64,000 bases of DNA from Alphaproteobacteria bacterium (GCA_965232515.1 CBDDPY010000002.1:6624001-6688000); one strand, 5' to 3'; shown: positions 30,006 to 39,065, counted from the stretch's first letter. The notes: a model not told the origin generated them from the letters alone. A program made the numbers and translations.

Positions 30006-31298
30006 TTACTCCGCCGCCTGGTCCAGGCCGCCGCCGAGCCAGGGCGGCGTGCGCGCTTCCGCCGCCGCCATCGGATCGTAGCCCTCGGTGCGGAACAGGT
30101 CGTGCAGCTGCCGCCGTCGCACGCCCATATTGCCGCCGTCATAGATCGGGAAGCACAGCGCGTCCCGCATCAACGCCTCCAGCGGCAGGCTTTCGAGATA
30201 GCTGTCGACGCCGACCAGGCGCATGGCGTCGTAGACCACCTCGACGCAGAGTTCCGAGCAATGCGCCTTGGTGATCACGGCCAGTTCCTCGCCGGCGCCG
30301 CCGGTCTGGTCCAGATAGTGACAGGCCTTCCAGGTCAGATAGCGCGCCGCTTCCAGCTTCATCTTCATGTTCGCCAGCATGTAGCCGACATTCTGATGCT
30401 CGATCACGGGCACCGGCCCGGAGCGGTTGTCGCGCCGGGCGAAGTCGAGCGCATAATCGAAGGCCGCGCGCATGACACCGACGCAGGCTGCGCCGATGAT
30501 CGCCGCGGTCCAGGAGAAGGCCCGGCTGCAGATCGCGATGCCGTCGCCCGGCGCGCCGATCATGTGGTCGGCCGGCACCCGCACGTCGTTGAAATGCACG
30601 CGCGGCGAGACGACGGCCCGCTGGCCCATCTGCTCGTAGACCTCGACGATCTCGATGCCGGGCGTGCCGCCGGGCACGATGATATGGGCCAGGCTTTCCT
30701 GCGGCGGCTTCGCCGGATCGGTGCGGCAGACGACGTTGTAGAGATGGGCGCCGTTGCCGTCGAAGCCGGTGCCGTTCGTCGTGTAGTGCTTCTGACCGTT
30801 GATCACCCAGTCGTCGCCCTCGCGGCGGGCGAAGGTGCGGACGCCGTGCTCGGGATCTGCTGTGTCGAAGTTGGCGCCGCCGGTGACTTCGGTAAAAGCC
30901 AGCGCCGCCAGCAGCATGCCGGTCTCGTCCGTGACGAAGGGAGTCAGGAACTGCCGCTTTTGGTCCTCGGTGCCGAACTGGATGGTCGGTTGCAGCGCCA
31001 GGCCCGTCGCCAGCAGCGCGCTCGGGACGTTGACGTCGACCCGGGCCAGTTCCTCGGCCGCGATGGCGAAGTCGAGCGCGCCGGCGCCACCGCCGCCGAC
31101 CTCGGCCGGCATCAGGCTCTTCATGAAACCCGCGCCCACCATCTGTTGAAAGAACGGCTGGATGGCCTGAAAGCGCTCGGCCGGGTCGTGATGCTTGCGG
31201 ACCACGTCCCGGACCGGCGTCAACACCTGCTCGGCAAAGCCTCGGGCCCCCTGCTGCAACTCCTTATGCGCGTCGCTCAACGTGAAATCGATCGGCAT
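30006..31298 (-). CDS. Acyl-CoA dehydrogenase superfamily, nitroalkane oxidase-like
   Basis: MPIDFTLS, EHQNV, FPIYDGGNMGVRRRQ (Asp at the catalytic position). Confidence 0.88.
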   Translation of the reverse strand: MPIDFTLSDAHKELQQGARGFAEQVLTPVRDVVRKHHDPAERFQAIQPFFQQMVGAGFMKSLMPAEVGGGGAGALDFAIAAEELARVDVNVPSALLATGLALQPTIQFGTEDQKRQFLTPFVTDETGMLLAALAFTEVTGGANFDTADPEHGVRTFARREGDDWVINGQKHYTTNGTGFDGNGAHLYNVVCRTDPAKPPQESLAHIIVPGGTPGIEIVEVYEQMGQRAVVSPRVHFNDVRVPADHMIGAPGDGIAICSRAFSWTAAIIGAACVGVMRAAFDYALDFARRDNRSGPVPVIEHQNVGYMLANMKMKLEAARYLTWKACHYLDQTGGAGEELAVITKAHCSELCVEVVYDAMRLVGVDSYLESLPLEALMRDALCFPIYDGGNMGVRRRQLHDLFRTEGYDPMAAAEARTPPWLGGGLDQAAE

Positions 31299-31364
31299 GT
31301 GTTCCTCCCTTGCTGCCCCGCGCCGCCACGTGGTTTCGGTTTTCGCTGTCACGGCGCCGATCGA

Positions 31365-31387
31365 TTATACCGAACGGTCGGTTATAA
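31365..31387. promoter_or_regulatory. TetR operator upstream of the ACAD/NAO-like gene
   Basis: TTATACCGAACGGTCGGTTATAA near-palindrome. Confidence 0.6.
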
Positions 31388-31443
31388 GCCATGGCGAACC
31401 GGGGCGCCCAATGGAGAGGTGCTAAATCGTATGCCTCTAAACG

Positions 31444-32628
31444 TCAGCCCGCTGTCAGCCGCCGCGTGTGGCGGGCGATCATCGCTTCTTCGTCCGTGGG
31501 CACGATGAAGGCTTGCACGTGGGACTGGTCGGTGGAGATCACCGGCTCGGCCGCGGCATTGCGCGCCGCGTCCAGTTCCAGGCCCAGCCAGTCGAAGCCG
31601 CCGGCGACCTCGGCGCGAATGCGGGCGGAATGCTCGCCGATGCCGCCGCAGAACACCAGCGCGTCCAGCCCGCCGATCAGCGCCGTCATGGCGCCGATCT
31701 CGCGCTTGATCCGGGTGACGAAATAGTCGATCGCCTGCCGCGCCTCCGGCCGGTCGGAGGCTTCTAGTTCGCGCATGTCGTGCGACACGCCCGACAACCC
31801 CTTCAATCCCGACTCGCTGTAGAGCAGCCGCGTGATCGCGTCATGATCCATGCCCTTCTCGGCCATCAGGTACAGCACCACGCCGGGATCGAGCTGCCCG
31901 CAGCGCGTGCCCATGGGCAGGCCGTCGAGCGCCGTGAAGCCCATGGTCGAGCCGACGCTGCGGCCATCGCGGATGGCGCAGAGCGAGGCGCCGTTGCCGA
32001 GATGCGCCACCACCATGCGCCCCGCGGCATGCTGCGGCGCGCGCCGCGCCATCTCTTGCGTCACGTATTCGTACGACAGGCCGTGAAAGCCGTAGCGCCG
32101 GATGCCCGCGTCGTAGTAGGCGCGCGGCAGCCCGAAGGTGTCGTTGACCCAGGGATGCTTGCGGTGAAACGCCGTGTCGAAGCAGGCGACCTGCCGCGCG
32201 TCTGGAAAGCAGGTCCTGGCCGCGTGCACGCCCGAGAGGTTGTGCGGCTGGTGCAGCGGCGCCAGCGGCACCAGTTTCTCGAGCGCGTCGAGCGTGTCGT
32301 CGGTCAAGAGTACCGGCTCGGCATAGTCCATGCCGCCATGCACCACCCGGTGGCCGACGACCGCCACGCTGATGTCCGGAAAGCGGCTCTCCAGCAGCGC
32401 CAGGATCGCGCCCAGCGCCGCCGCGTGGTCGGCCATCCCGGCCGCGTCGAAATCCCGTTCGGCGAGCGGACCGCCGACGCCGTCCCTCGCGGTCAAGCGC
32501 GGCGCCGCGCCCAGGCCCTCGACTTGTCCGCGGGCGAGCTCCGTCAGAGCGCCGTCGGCCGCAAACAGCGCGAACTTGATCGAGGACGAGCCGGCGTTCA
32601 GCGTCAGGATCTGTTCGGTCGCGGCCAT
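31444..32628 (-). CDS. ackA: Acetate kinase
   Basis: LNAGSSSIK, GHRVVHGG, GFHGLSY, HLGNGAS, GGIGE, PTDEE. Confidence 0.97.
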   Translation of the reverse strand: MAATEQILTLNAGSSSIKFALFAADGALTELARGQVEGLGAAPRLTARDGVGGPLAERDFDAAGMADHAAALGAILALLESRFPDISVAVVGHRVVHGGMDYAEPVLLTDDTLDALEKLVPLAPLHQPHNLSGVHAARTCFPDARQVACFDTAFHRKHPWVNDTFGLPRAYYDAGIRRYGFHGLSYEYVTQEMARRAPQHAAGRMVVAHLGNGASLCAIRDGRSVGSTMGFTALDGLPMGTRCGQLDPGVVLYLMAEKGMDHDAITRLLYSESGLKGLSGVSHDMRELEASDRPEARQAIDYFVTRIKREIGAMTALIGGLDALVFCGGIGEHSARIRAEVAGGFDWLGLELDAARNAAAEPVISTDQSHVQAFIVPTDEEAMIARHTRRLTAG

Positions 32629-32762
32629 GCGCGCGAGTATAGCGGCAACCCCGCCGTCATGCCGGCGCCGCTAAAGAGGGTCGGCATGTAGCGAAATCAA
32701 GCGGAACAGGTGGTGATCCCGGCCATCGGACGCCTCGCTCCGGCGACAGCCCCCTGACCACG

Positions 32763-32856
32763 GTCATACCGGCGCAGGCCGGTATCCATGGGCTTCCGAC
32801 GGCCAGCGCACTGCTCGCCGACGAGGCACATGGATGCCGGCCTGCGCCGGCATGAC
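32763..32856. repeat. Alphaproteobacterial palindromic (REP/RPE-like) element
   Basis: GTCATACCGGCGCAGGCCGGTATCCATG ... CATGGATGCCGGCCTGCGCCGGCATGAC long inverted repeat. Confidence 0.8.
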
Positions 32857-32939
32857 GACGGTAAGGCGGAGATGCCCAATGTGGTCAGGTTATCGTTCGC
32901 AGACATCGTCAACGAACCGTCGCCGCCCGCCGGTCCCCA

Positions 32940-33704
32940 TTAGCCGACGATGTGATAGCCCCCGTCGATGTAGTGCACGCCGCCCGTGACGTTCGCGGCC
33001 TCGGCGCTGGCCAGGAAGGCGGCATAGGCGCCGACGTCCTCGATGCTCGCCAGTTGCTGCGTCGGCGCCCGCGCTGCGGCCCGGTCCAGCAGCTCGTCGA
33101 AATCCCCGATGCCGGACGCCGCGCGCGTCTTCAGCGGCCCCGGCGACAGCGCGTGCACTGAGATCTTCTTGGGCCCCAGCTCGGCCGCCATGTAGCGTGT
33201 GACCGATTCCAGCGCCGCCTTCACCGGCCCCATGATGTTGTAGTTCTCGACCACTTTCTCCGAGCCGTAAAACGACACTGTCATGCAGGTCCCGCCTTGC
33301 GGCATCAGCGGCTCGGCCCGCCGCACCATTTGCAAAAACGAATAGACCGAGATGTCCATCGCCGTGACGAAGCCGCTGTGCGAGCAGTCGACGACCCGCG
33401 CGTGCAGGTCGTCGCGCGGGCAGAAGGCGATCGAATGCAAACAAATATCCAGCCCGCCCCAGGTCTGGCGGATGGCGTCGAACACGTGCGCAAACTGCGC
33501 GTCCGCCCGCACGTCCAGCGGCAGCACGATCTCCGCCCCCAGCTTGTCCGCCAGCGGCCTGACGTGCTGCTCGGCCTTCTCGTTCAGATAGGTAACGGCG
33601 AGATCCGCGCCCTGGTCCCGAAACGCCTTCGCGCAGCCATAGGCAATCGACTGCTCATTGGCGATCCCCACCACCAGCGCCTTCTTGCCTTCAAGCGAAA
33701 ACAT
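32940..33704 (-). CDS. fabI: Enoyl-ACP reductase
   Basis: GIANEQSIAYG, HSIAF, YNIMGPVKAALE, SPGPLKTRAASGI. Confidence 0.95.
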   Translation of the reverse strand: MFSLEGKKALVVGIANEQSIAYGCAKAFRDQGADLAVTYLNEKAEQHVRPLADKLGAEIVLPLDVRADAQFAHVFDAIRQTWGGLDICLHSIAFCPRDDLHARVVDCSHSGFVTAMDISVYSFLQMVRRAEPLMPQGGTCMTVSFYGSEKVVENYNIMGPVKAALESVTRYMAAELGPKKISVHALSPGPLKTRAASGIGDFDELLDRAAARAPTQQLASIEDVGAYAAFLASAEAANVTGGVHYIDGGYHIVG

Positions 33705-33982
33705 GCCCTCGACCCCGCAGCCCCGCGCCACCGTATGGCCCGCGATTGTGCAGTGCACAAGGTACCGGTCGAACATGACACATCAGCGTCACGCGTGTGA
33801 CAGGGGTGGGAAGGGGTGAAGCGAAGAGTAGTGACCAATTCCCAGATGATGTGCGAAGATATTGTACATTCTCTGGGGTCGATAAGGATGCAATGGTAAG
33901 CCTCACCGGGTTTCTTTAGCGAAACAGAAAATTTGGACTTGATTTGTAGGGGGCGCCGATCATTTGCGGCCCGTTTTTGCAC

Positions 33983-34597
33983 TCAGAGATCCCGATCCTT
34001 CATGAATTGCATCCGATCACTAAGGAAGTAAATGCCCAAAAACATCGCGCAGATGATTTGCCAAAGAAAGACAAAGAAGATAAAAACTATCACATACTTG
34101 AATATAAGAAAAACATACATTGGAGATCCAAGGTTTTCAAAAATGTGACGAAATGGTACATATCTCGAAAAATTAATTAATATAAACATGCAAATTGCGC
34201 TGAAGCACAAATATCCAAATAAAAAACAAACAAATTGTCTGCGAGATAAGGGGTGCTCAATTAAATCTCCTGTATCTGATTTTCTTAGAATTATAATTGC
34301 CGGCTCGCCTTTCATTATATCATCCAAACCTTCTCTATTAAAAGTTGCGACTGCCGCCAGTGCGGCGATAAAAAAAGCAATCAAAAGTTCAATAAGGCTC
34401 AAAAACCTTACGACTAGACCGTCATCTCCTAGAAGGATAATGTTATCTCTAAATATATAAATTGAGAATGTTGTAACTCCCGAAAGTAAAATCGGCAAAA
34501 TCCAATCATAAACTCTCTTCGATCTCCAAAAAGAGCTACCCTGTTCAATTTTCAGATACTTAACAGGGTTGAATATTTGATTGATTGCCCAGTACAT
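33983..34597 (-). CDS. AT-rich 4-TM hypothetical membrane protein
   Basis: Four hydrophobic helices; FFIAALAAVATF..GLD..M.GEP and LSRRQF..LFGYL; ATG 2 nt after the upstream stop. Confidence 0.85.
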   Translation of the reverse strand: MYWAINQIFNPVKYLKIEQGSSFWRSKRVYDWILPILLSGVTTFSIYIFRDNIILLGDDGLVVRFLSLIELLIAFFIAALAAVATFNREGLDDIMKGEPAIIILRKSDTGDLIEHPLSRRQFVCFLFGYLCFSAICMFILINFSRYVPFRHIFENLGSPMYVFLIFKYVIVFIFFVFLWQIICAMFLGIYFLSDRMQFMKDRDL

Positions 34598-34599
34598 TG

Positions 34600-35631
34600 C
34601 TACCACATAACATCGTTATCTATAATTCCCTTCATTTTTTCTTCGATTTCGGAATCGATCGTCGCATAGCAGCCTTCCAGAAATCGGCTAAACCCCGTCA
34701 TTCGTTGGGAACGGACGTATAGTGTTTCGGCAGCATCGGCGACATCCAGGCTAAACCGTGGTGAGACGCTCGCACCTCCTGGTAAGTCGCGAATATTAAA
34801 TTTTATTTCAGTATACCCTTCATCTATGGCACGGCGTGATATTCGTGGAATAAAATCCAATATAGTTTCACGAGATACAGGTTTTGTTTTTATTTCCACA
34901 TAATCTTCCATTCTTTGAACTAAACCTTCAGTATCAATTCCAGAAAACTTGCTTTGTTGTCTTATAAGTGTGATGCTTGATAAAACTCCCTTTTCGAGAT
35001 CTGCTTTTAGATTATCGGAAGGATTTTTCTCAATATTCAGGCGTGGAATATACCTGCGTTTTTCGATTATCGTTTTCTTTCCTTTTTTTACTGGCTGATC
35101 ATACAAATAATGATCTGATTTGCTCGCGTATCTAGCCAGAATATGTTTTAATAGAAGATCTGCATACGTACTAGAAACTGACGGCATTCGCTCAAAAATA
35201 GCTCGGTAGCTATTTGAGCTGGACAACGAATTAATACCGATAACCAGATGAGCAGACGCGCCAGGAACTTCTGATTCATTCGGTTCAACAATGACTACAT
35301 CTCTGGAATCGGTATCGATGAGAGCGGGATTAACCCGCTGAGGATCGCCTCTATTTATTAGGATTGTGAAATAATTTCCGTCTTCGCTGCGCTGCATATC
35401 TGCAATATAAATCTGGTTTTTATCATCGATGTCGACTCTATCGTCCTCGTTGTTTGGATCGAGTACTCTGCCGCCTTCAGACAAGAAAATTGACGCACGA
35501 TTGGCGCGATATTGGTCTTCTAATATTTCAAGGATTTCGCCAAGTTCGACCGATTTGGCAATCTTTCTAGGAATGGGGGTTGGCTTTACATGCCAAAGAA
35601 ATACCTGTCGTTCTGTTTTCAACGCAACCAT
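34600..35631 (-). CDS. AT-rich soluble hypothetical protein (343 aa)
   Basis: AGGAG RBS before ATG 35631; long open frame with AT-rich codons. Confidence 0.85.
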   Translation of the reverse strand: MVALKTERQVFLWHVKPTPIPRKIAKSVELGEILEILEDQYRANRASIFLSEGGRVLDPNNEDDRVDIDDKNQIYIADMQRSEDGNYFTILINRGDPQRVNPALIDTDSRDVVIVEPNESEVPGASAHLVIGINSLSSSNSYRAIFERMPSVSSTYADLLLKHILARYASKSDHYLYDQPVKKGKKTIIEKRRYIPRLNIEKNPSDNLKADLEKGVLSSITLIRQQSKFSGIDTEGLVQRMEDYVEIKTKPVSRETILDFIPRISRRAIDEGYTEIKFNIRDLPGGASVSPRFSLDVADAAETLYVRSQRMTGFSRFLEGCYATIDSEIEEKMKGIIDNDVMW

Positions 35632-35991
35632 GTTGCACTCCTGCTCAAGTCCTTCCAACTTTGAGTAGAGCAGGGCCGAGAGCAGAAGTCTAGTTCGACG
35701 GTTGTTTTTACGCAAAAGCGCTCGCTTGTTTATGCCAACAGGCGAACTTATCTGAGGGCGAGAACTGTTTTTGAGTGCGAAGGTTGGCTTTCTTAATGGT
35801 TTTACTTTTGCATGCTTAGGTGTGCATCGAGCCTGTAGTGAGGTTGCAAATTCTGACGCTATGCTGTTAGCCATGGAGGTACCGATGCCCCTTGGGCTGC
35901 ATCCGATCATCGGTCTTAGGACCTCTAAGAGTGCTCGGCGGTCAACTAACTGCCATCCATATACGGTGCCTAGCACCCATCATTGAGACAG

Positions 35992-36006
35992 GAACATAAT
36001 AGGAAC
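35992..36006. promoter_or_regulatory. Alphaproteobacterial LexA (SOS) box
   Basis: GAAC-ATAATAG-GAAC = GTTC-N7-GTTC on the minus strand. Confidence 0.65.
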
Positions 36007-36052
36007 ATTTTTAACCTCTGTAAAGTTAGTCGGCCTGTTGCGGGACTGTTCC

Positions 36053-36209
36053 ATGATCGTCGGCCCGCAGAACGAACGGCTCGCCGGCTATCATGACCGC
36101 ATTGCCGGCGATCCTTCGACCCGCCGACTGCGGCGCCAGGCTCGCCGTACCAGTCAAGGACCTGCTCCGCCCCTACAACGGCGACCTTAAAGTCGAAGCC
36201 CCCGACTGA
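36053..36209 (+). pseudogene. SOS response-associated peptidase (SRAP/YedK) C-terminal remnant, frameshifted
   Basis: MIVGPQNERLAGYHDR/(+1 near 36102)/MPAILRPAD...DLLRPY; the HDRMP hallmark is broken. Confidence 0.72.
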
Positions 36210-36250
36210 TCGGCGCCGCGACCCGCGCCGGCCGAAAAGAGGGGACAAGA

Positions 36251-36487
36251 ACCGCCAAGACGCCAAGAAGAGAGAAAAATGGTGTTTCGCAGGCCATGAC
36301 GTTGATGTGCTCAGCGTCAGCGCATCCCAGGAATCTTGGTCTCTTGGCGGTGAATCCATTTTTTGGTTCCCTCCACACCGCTGGGCGCATAAGGGAGCCC
36401 ACCGGGGTTCACCGTTGCCTTGCTCAGCGCTTACGCCAACCCACCGGGTTCACGGTCGGTTCGCACCCTTCGCGTCTTTGTGGTGAA
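36251..36487. repeat. Composite palindromic repeat, copy 1
   Basis: ACCGCCAAGACGCCAAGA...TCTTGGTCTCTTGGCGGT hairpin plus two ~41-bp units with AACCCACCGGGTTCAC. Confidence 0.75.
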
Positions 36488-36527
36488 ACCGGTCCTGGAG
36501 GAATGAACACCTTATATAACGAGCGAC

Positions 36528-37220
36528 ATGCAGTCGTTTGGACCGAACATATGGACGATGAAGGGCGACGATGTCCGCATGTACGGCGTGCTGCCGTTCA
36601 CGACGCGGATGACGGTCGTCCGGCTGGAAGCGGGTGGGGTGTGGCTTCACTCGCCCGTGCGGCCGACGCCGGAACGTCAGCGCGCCGTTGACGAGCTGGG
36701 CCGGGTCCAGCATCTCGTCGCGCCCAACAAGATCCATAGCCTCGGCATCGCGCCCTGGCAGGCGTTGCACCCGTCGGCTAAGGTCTGGGCCTCGCCGGGG
36801 TTCAACAAGCGTCATCCCGATATCGCCGTCGACGCGGTGCTGACGAACGACGTTGATGCCCCCTGGCGCGGCGACATCGATGTTTGCGTGATCGATGGAC
36901 ATGGCCTTCTGGACGAGGTCGCGTTTCTGCACAAGCCCTCGCGCACGCTCATCATCACGGATGTCATCCAGAAGCATGACGCCGCCGGCGAGTCCTGGGT
37001 CTGGCGCGGCGTCAAGGGCATGGCGGGCATCCTGGGCAAGGACGGCGGCGTGCCGCTCGATATCAGGCTCAGCGTTCGGGACAAGACGGTGGTGCGGCGA
37101 AGCATCGACACGATTCTAGGCTGGGATTTCGACAATCTCATCATCGCCCACGGCCATTGCCGGCAAGGCGGCGCCAAAGAAGACGTCGCCCGTGCCTTCG
37201 CTTGGCTCGCCGGCGCTTAA
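36528..37220 (+). CDS. DUF4336 (MBL-fold) protein
   Basis: TRMTVVRL, LHSP, APNKIH, EVAFLH..SRTLI.TD, IAHG. Confidence 0.9.
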   Translation: MQSFGPNIWTMKGDDVRMYGVLPFTTRMTVVRLEAGGVWLHSPVRPTPERQRAVDELGRVQHLVAPNKIHSLGIAPWQALHPSAKVWASPGFNKRHPDIAVDAVLTNDVDAPWRGDIDVCVIDGHGLLDEVAFLHKPSRTLIITDVIQKHDAAGESWVWRGVKGMAGILGKDGGVPLDIRLSVRDKTVVRRSIDTILGWDFDNLIIAHGHCRQGGAKEDVARAFAWLAGA

Positions 37221-37253
37221 CGACTCATCGGAAGGGAGGGGAAAGAAGGAAGA

Positions 37254-37490
37254 ACCGCCAAGGCGCCAAGACGCCAACGGGTCGAAAAGGCATCGCCGCT
37301 GATGTCATTATCGGCACGGTCCGATAAACCCCTCCACGTTTTCCTTCTTGGTGTCTTGGCGCCTTGGCGGTCAAAAATGTTTGTTTTCCTTCTCGGTGCT
37401 CAGCGTTTACGCGAACCCGCTGGGTTCACGGTCGCCGTGCTCAGCGCTTACGCGAACCCACCGGGTTCACGTTCGCTTCGCACCCTTGGC
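37254..37490. repeat. Composite palindromic repeat, copy 2
   Basis: 24-bp IR ACCGCCAAGGCGCCAAGACGCCAA (37254) / TTGGTGTCTTGGCGCCTTGGCGGT (37348) plus units at 37397 and 37438. Confidence 0.8.
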
Positions 37491-37635
37491 GCGTGACATC
37501 CGCCAGATGCCGCGCGGATTGAACGACTGCTGACATGATGCTGGCAACGGCAGCCTGCCATTAAGGCACGATCGGGCGCGGGCCGCCGACGCGTCGAACG
37601 CTTCGATAGCGGCAACATCGACCCGGAGAATAGCC

Positions 37636-38118
37636 ATGCCGTCCATGCCCCGCCTTGACCCGATGCTGTGCGACGCGACCGGTGAGCTGGTGCTGCGGCG
37701 GGCGACGGAGGATGACAGCGACTACGCCTTCGCGATGCGAAAGGCCGCGTTCCGGGTCTACGTCGACAGGAGCGGCGGCTGGGATGAGCAGGCGGAGCGG
37801 CGCCGGCATGAACGCAGTTTCGCCGTTCACGACTACCGCGTGATCTGCCTGCGTGGCGAAGCCCGGGGCATCGTCTCGCTCGACCTGTCCGGCGACCGTT
37901 TCAAGATCAACCAGATCTTCCTCGCGCCGGCGCAGCAGAGGCAGGGCATCGGCGGGCGATGCATGGCGTTGCTGATCGCCGAAGCGCGGCGTCTCGACCT
38001 GCCCGTCCTGTTGCGCGTGATGAAGGTCAATCCCCGCGCCAGGGCGCTCTACGAGCGCCTCGATTTCCAGGTCACCGACGAAACCGACACGCACGTCGTC
38101 ATGGAGAAGCGCCACTGA
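37636..38118 (+). CDS. GNAT acetyltransferase
   Basis: QRQGIG, NPRARALYERLDF. Confidence 0.9.
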   Translation: MPSMPRLDPMLCDATGELVLRRATEDDSDYAFAMRKAAFRVYVDRSGGWDEQAERRRHERSFAVHDYRVICLRGEARGIVSLDLSGDRFKINQIFLAPAQQRQGIGGRCMALLIAEARRLDLPVLLRVMKVNPRARALYERLDFQVTDETDTHVVMEKRH

Positions 38119-38258
38119 TCCGCCGGGTCGGGCGCACGGCGGCGTCGCCAAGTCGGGCCGTCGGCACGTCACACGCCATCCGCCCGCCATTGCCGGACGC
38201 GCGCGAGCGATACACACTGCCGCCAACCGACATGCACAAGCCGGGAAGGGGACGCGGC

Positions 38259-38903
38259 ATGGACCGACAGGCCGACTGGTATTTCGATTACGTCTCGCCC
38301 TACGCCTATCTGCAGTTCATGAACTTCGGCCGGCTGCCGGCCGATCTCGCGGTGCGGCCGGTGCCGGTGTTGTTCGCCGGCCTGCTTGGCCATTGGAACA
38401 ATATGGGCCCGGCCGAGATCCCGGCGAAGCGGCGACAGACCTACCGTTACTGCCACTGGCTGGCGGCGAAGCGGAGCGTGCCGTTCCGGACGCCGCCGCG
38501 GCATCCGTTCAATCCGCTGGCCGTGCTGCGGCTGACAACAGCGCTCGGGTCCACGGCCGAGGTCGTGGGCGCGGTGTTCCGGCATATCTGGGGCACGGGC
38601 AACGACGGGCAGGATCCGGCGAGCCTCGCCGCGCTCGCCGCCGATCTTGGCATCGGCGACTGGCAGACGCGCATTGACGACCCGGCCGTGAAATCAGCGC
38701 TGCGCGCCAATACCGATGCCGCCATCGCCCGCGGCGTCTTCGGCATCCCCACGTTCGCGGTCGACGACGAGCTGTTCTGGGGCGAGGACGTCACCGACAT
38801 GCTGCTCGACTACCTCGCCGACCCCGACACTTTCCGCAAGGGCGAATGGACACGCCTCGCCAACCTCCCCACCGCCGCCGAACGCCGCCAAAGCCGGCTC
38901 TGA
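38259..38903 (+). CDS. 2-hydroxychromene-2-carboxylate isomerase / DsbA (GST-kappa) family
   Basis: FDYVSPYAY, RGVFGIPTF, LFWGED. Confidence 0.92.
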   Translation: MDRQADWYFDYVSPYAYLQFMNFGRLPADLAVRPVPVLFAGLLGHWNNMGPAEIPAKRRQTYRYCHWLAAKRSVPFRTPPRHPFNPLAVLRLTTALGSTAEVVGAVFRHIWGTGNDGQDPASLAALAADLGIGDWQTRIDDPAVKSALRANTDAAIARGVFGIPTFAVDDELFWGEDVTDMLLDYLADPDTFRKGEWTRLANLPTAAERRQSRL

Positions 38904-39065
38904 GCTTGCGGCCATGTCTCACGCGCCTGAAGCGGAAACCGGGACGGCCCGGCGTCGCCGGGCGAGGGCAAGCGAGAGGGCGAAGAGACCAACACCGAGC
39001 AGGGTAAGCGAGCCGGGAGCCGGCACCGACCGGCGCAAGGAGGGGCAAGGCCGTTCGCCACCCGG

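Noticed and set aside
35632-35976. 458-aa version of the islet protein
   Set aside because: A good AGGAG RBS sits before ATG 35631 and the extension does not look protein-like; kept only as an open question
33790-36210. Intact prophage, integron or retron
   Set aside because: No integrase, reverse transcriptase, structural genes, tRNA or att repeats were recognised
36380-37490. 41-bp tandem units as a CRISPR array
   Set aside because: Only two abutting units per locus, no unique spacers, no cas genes
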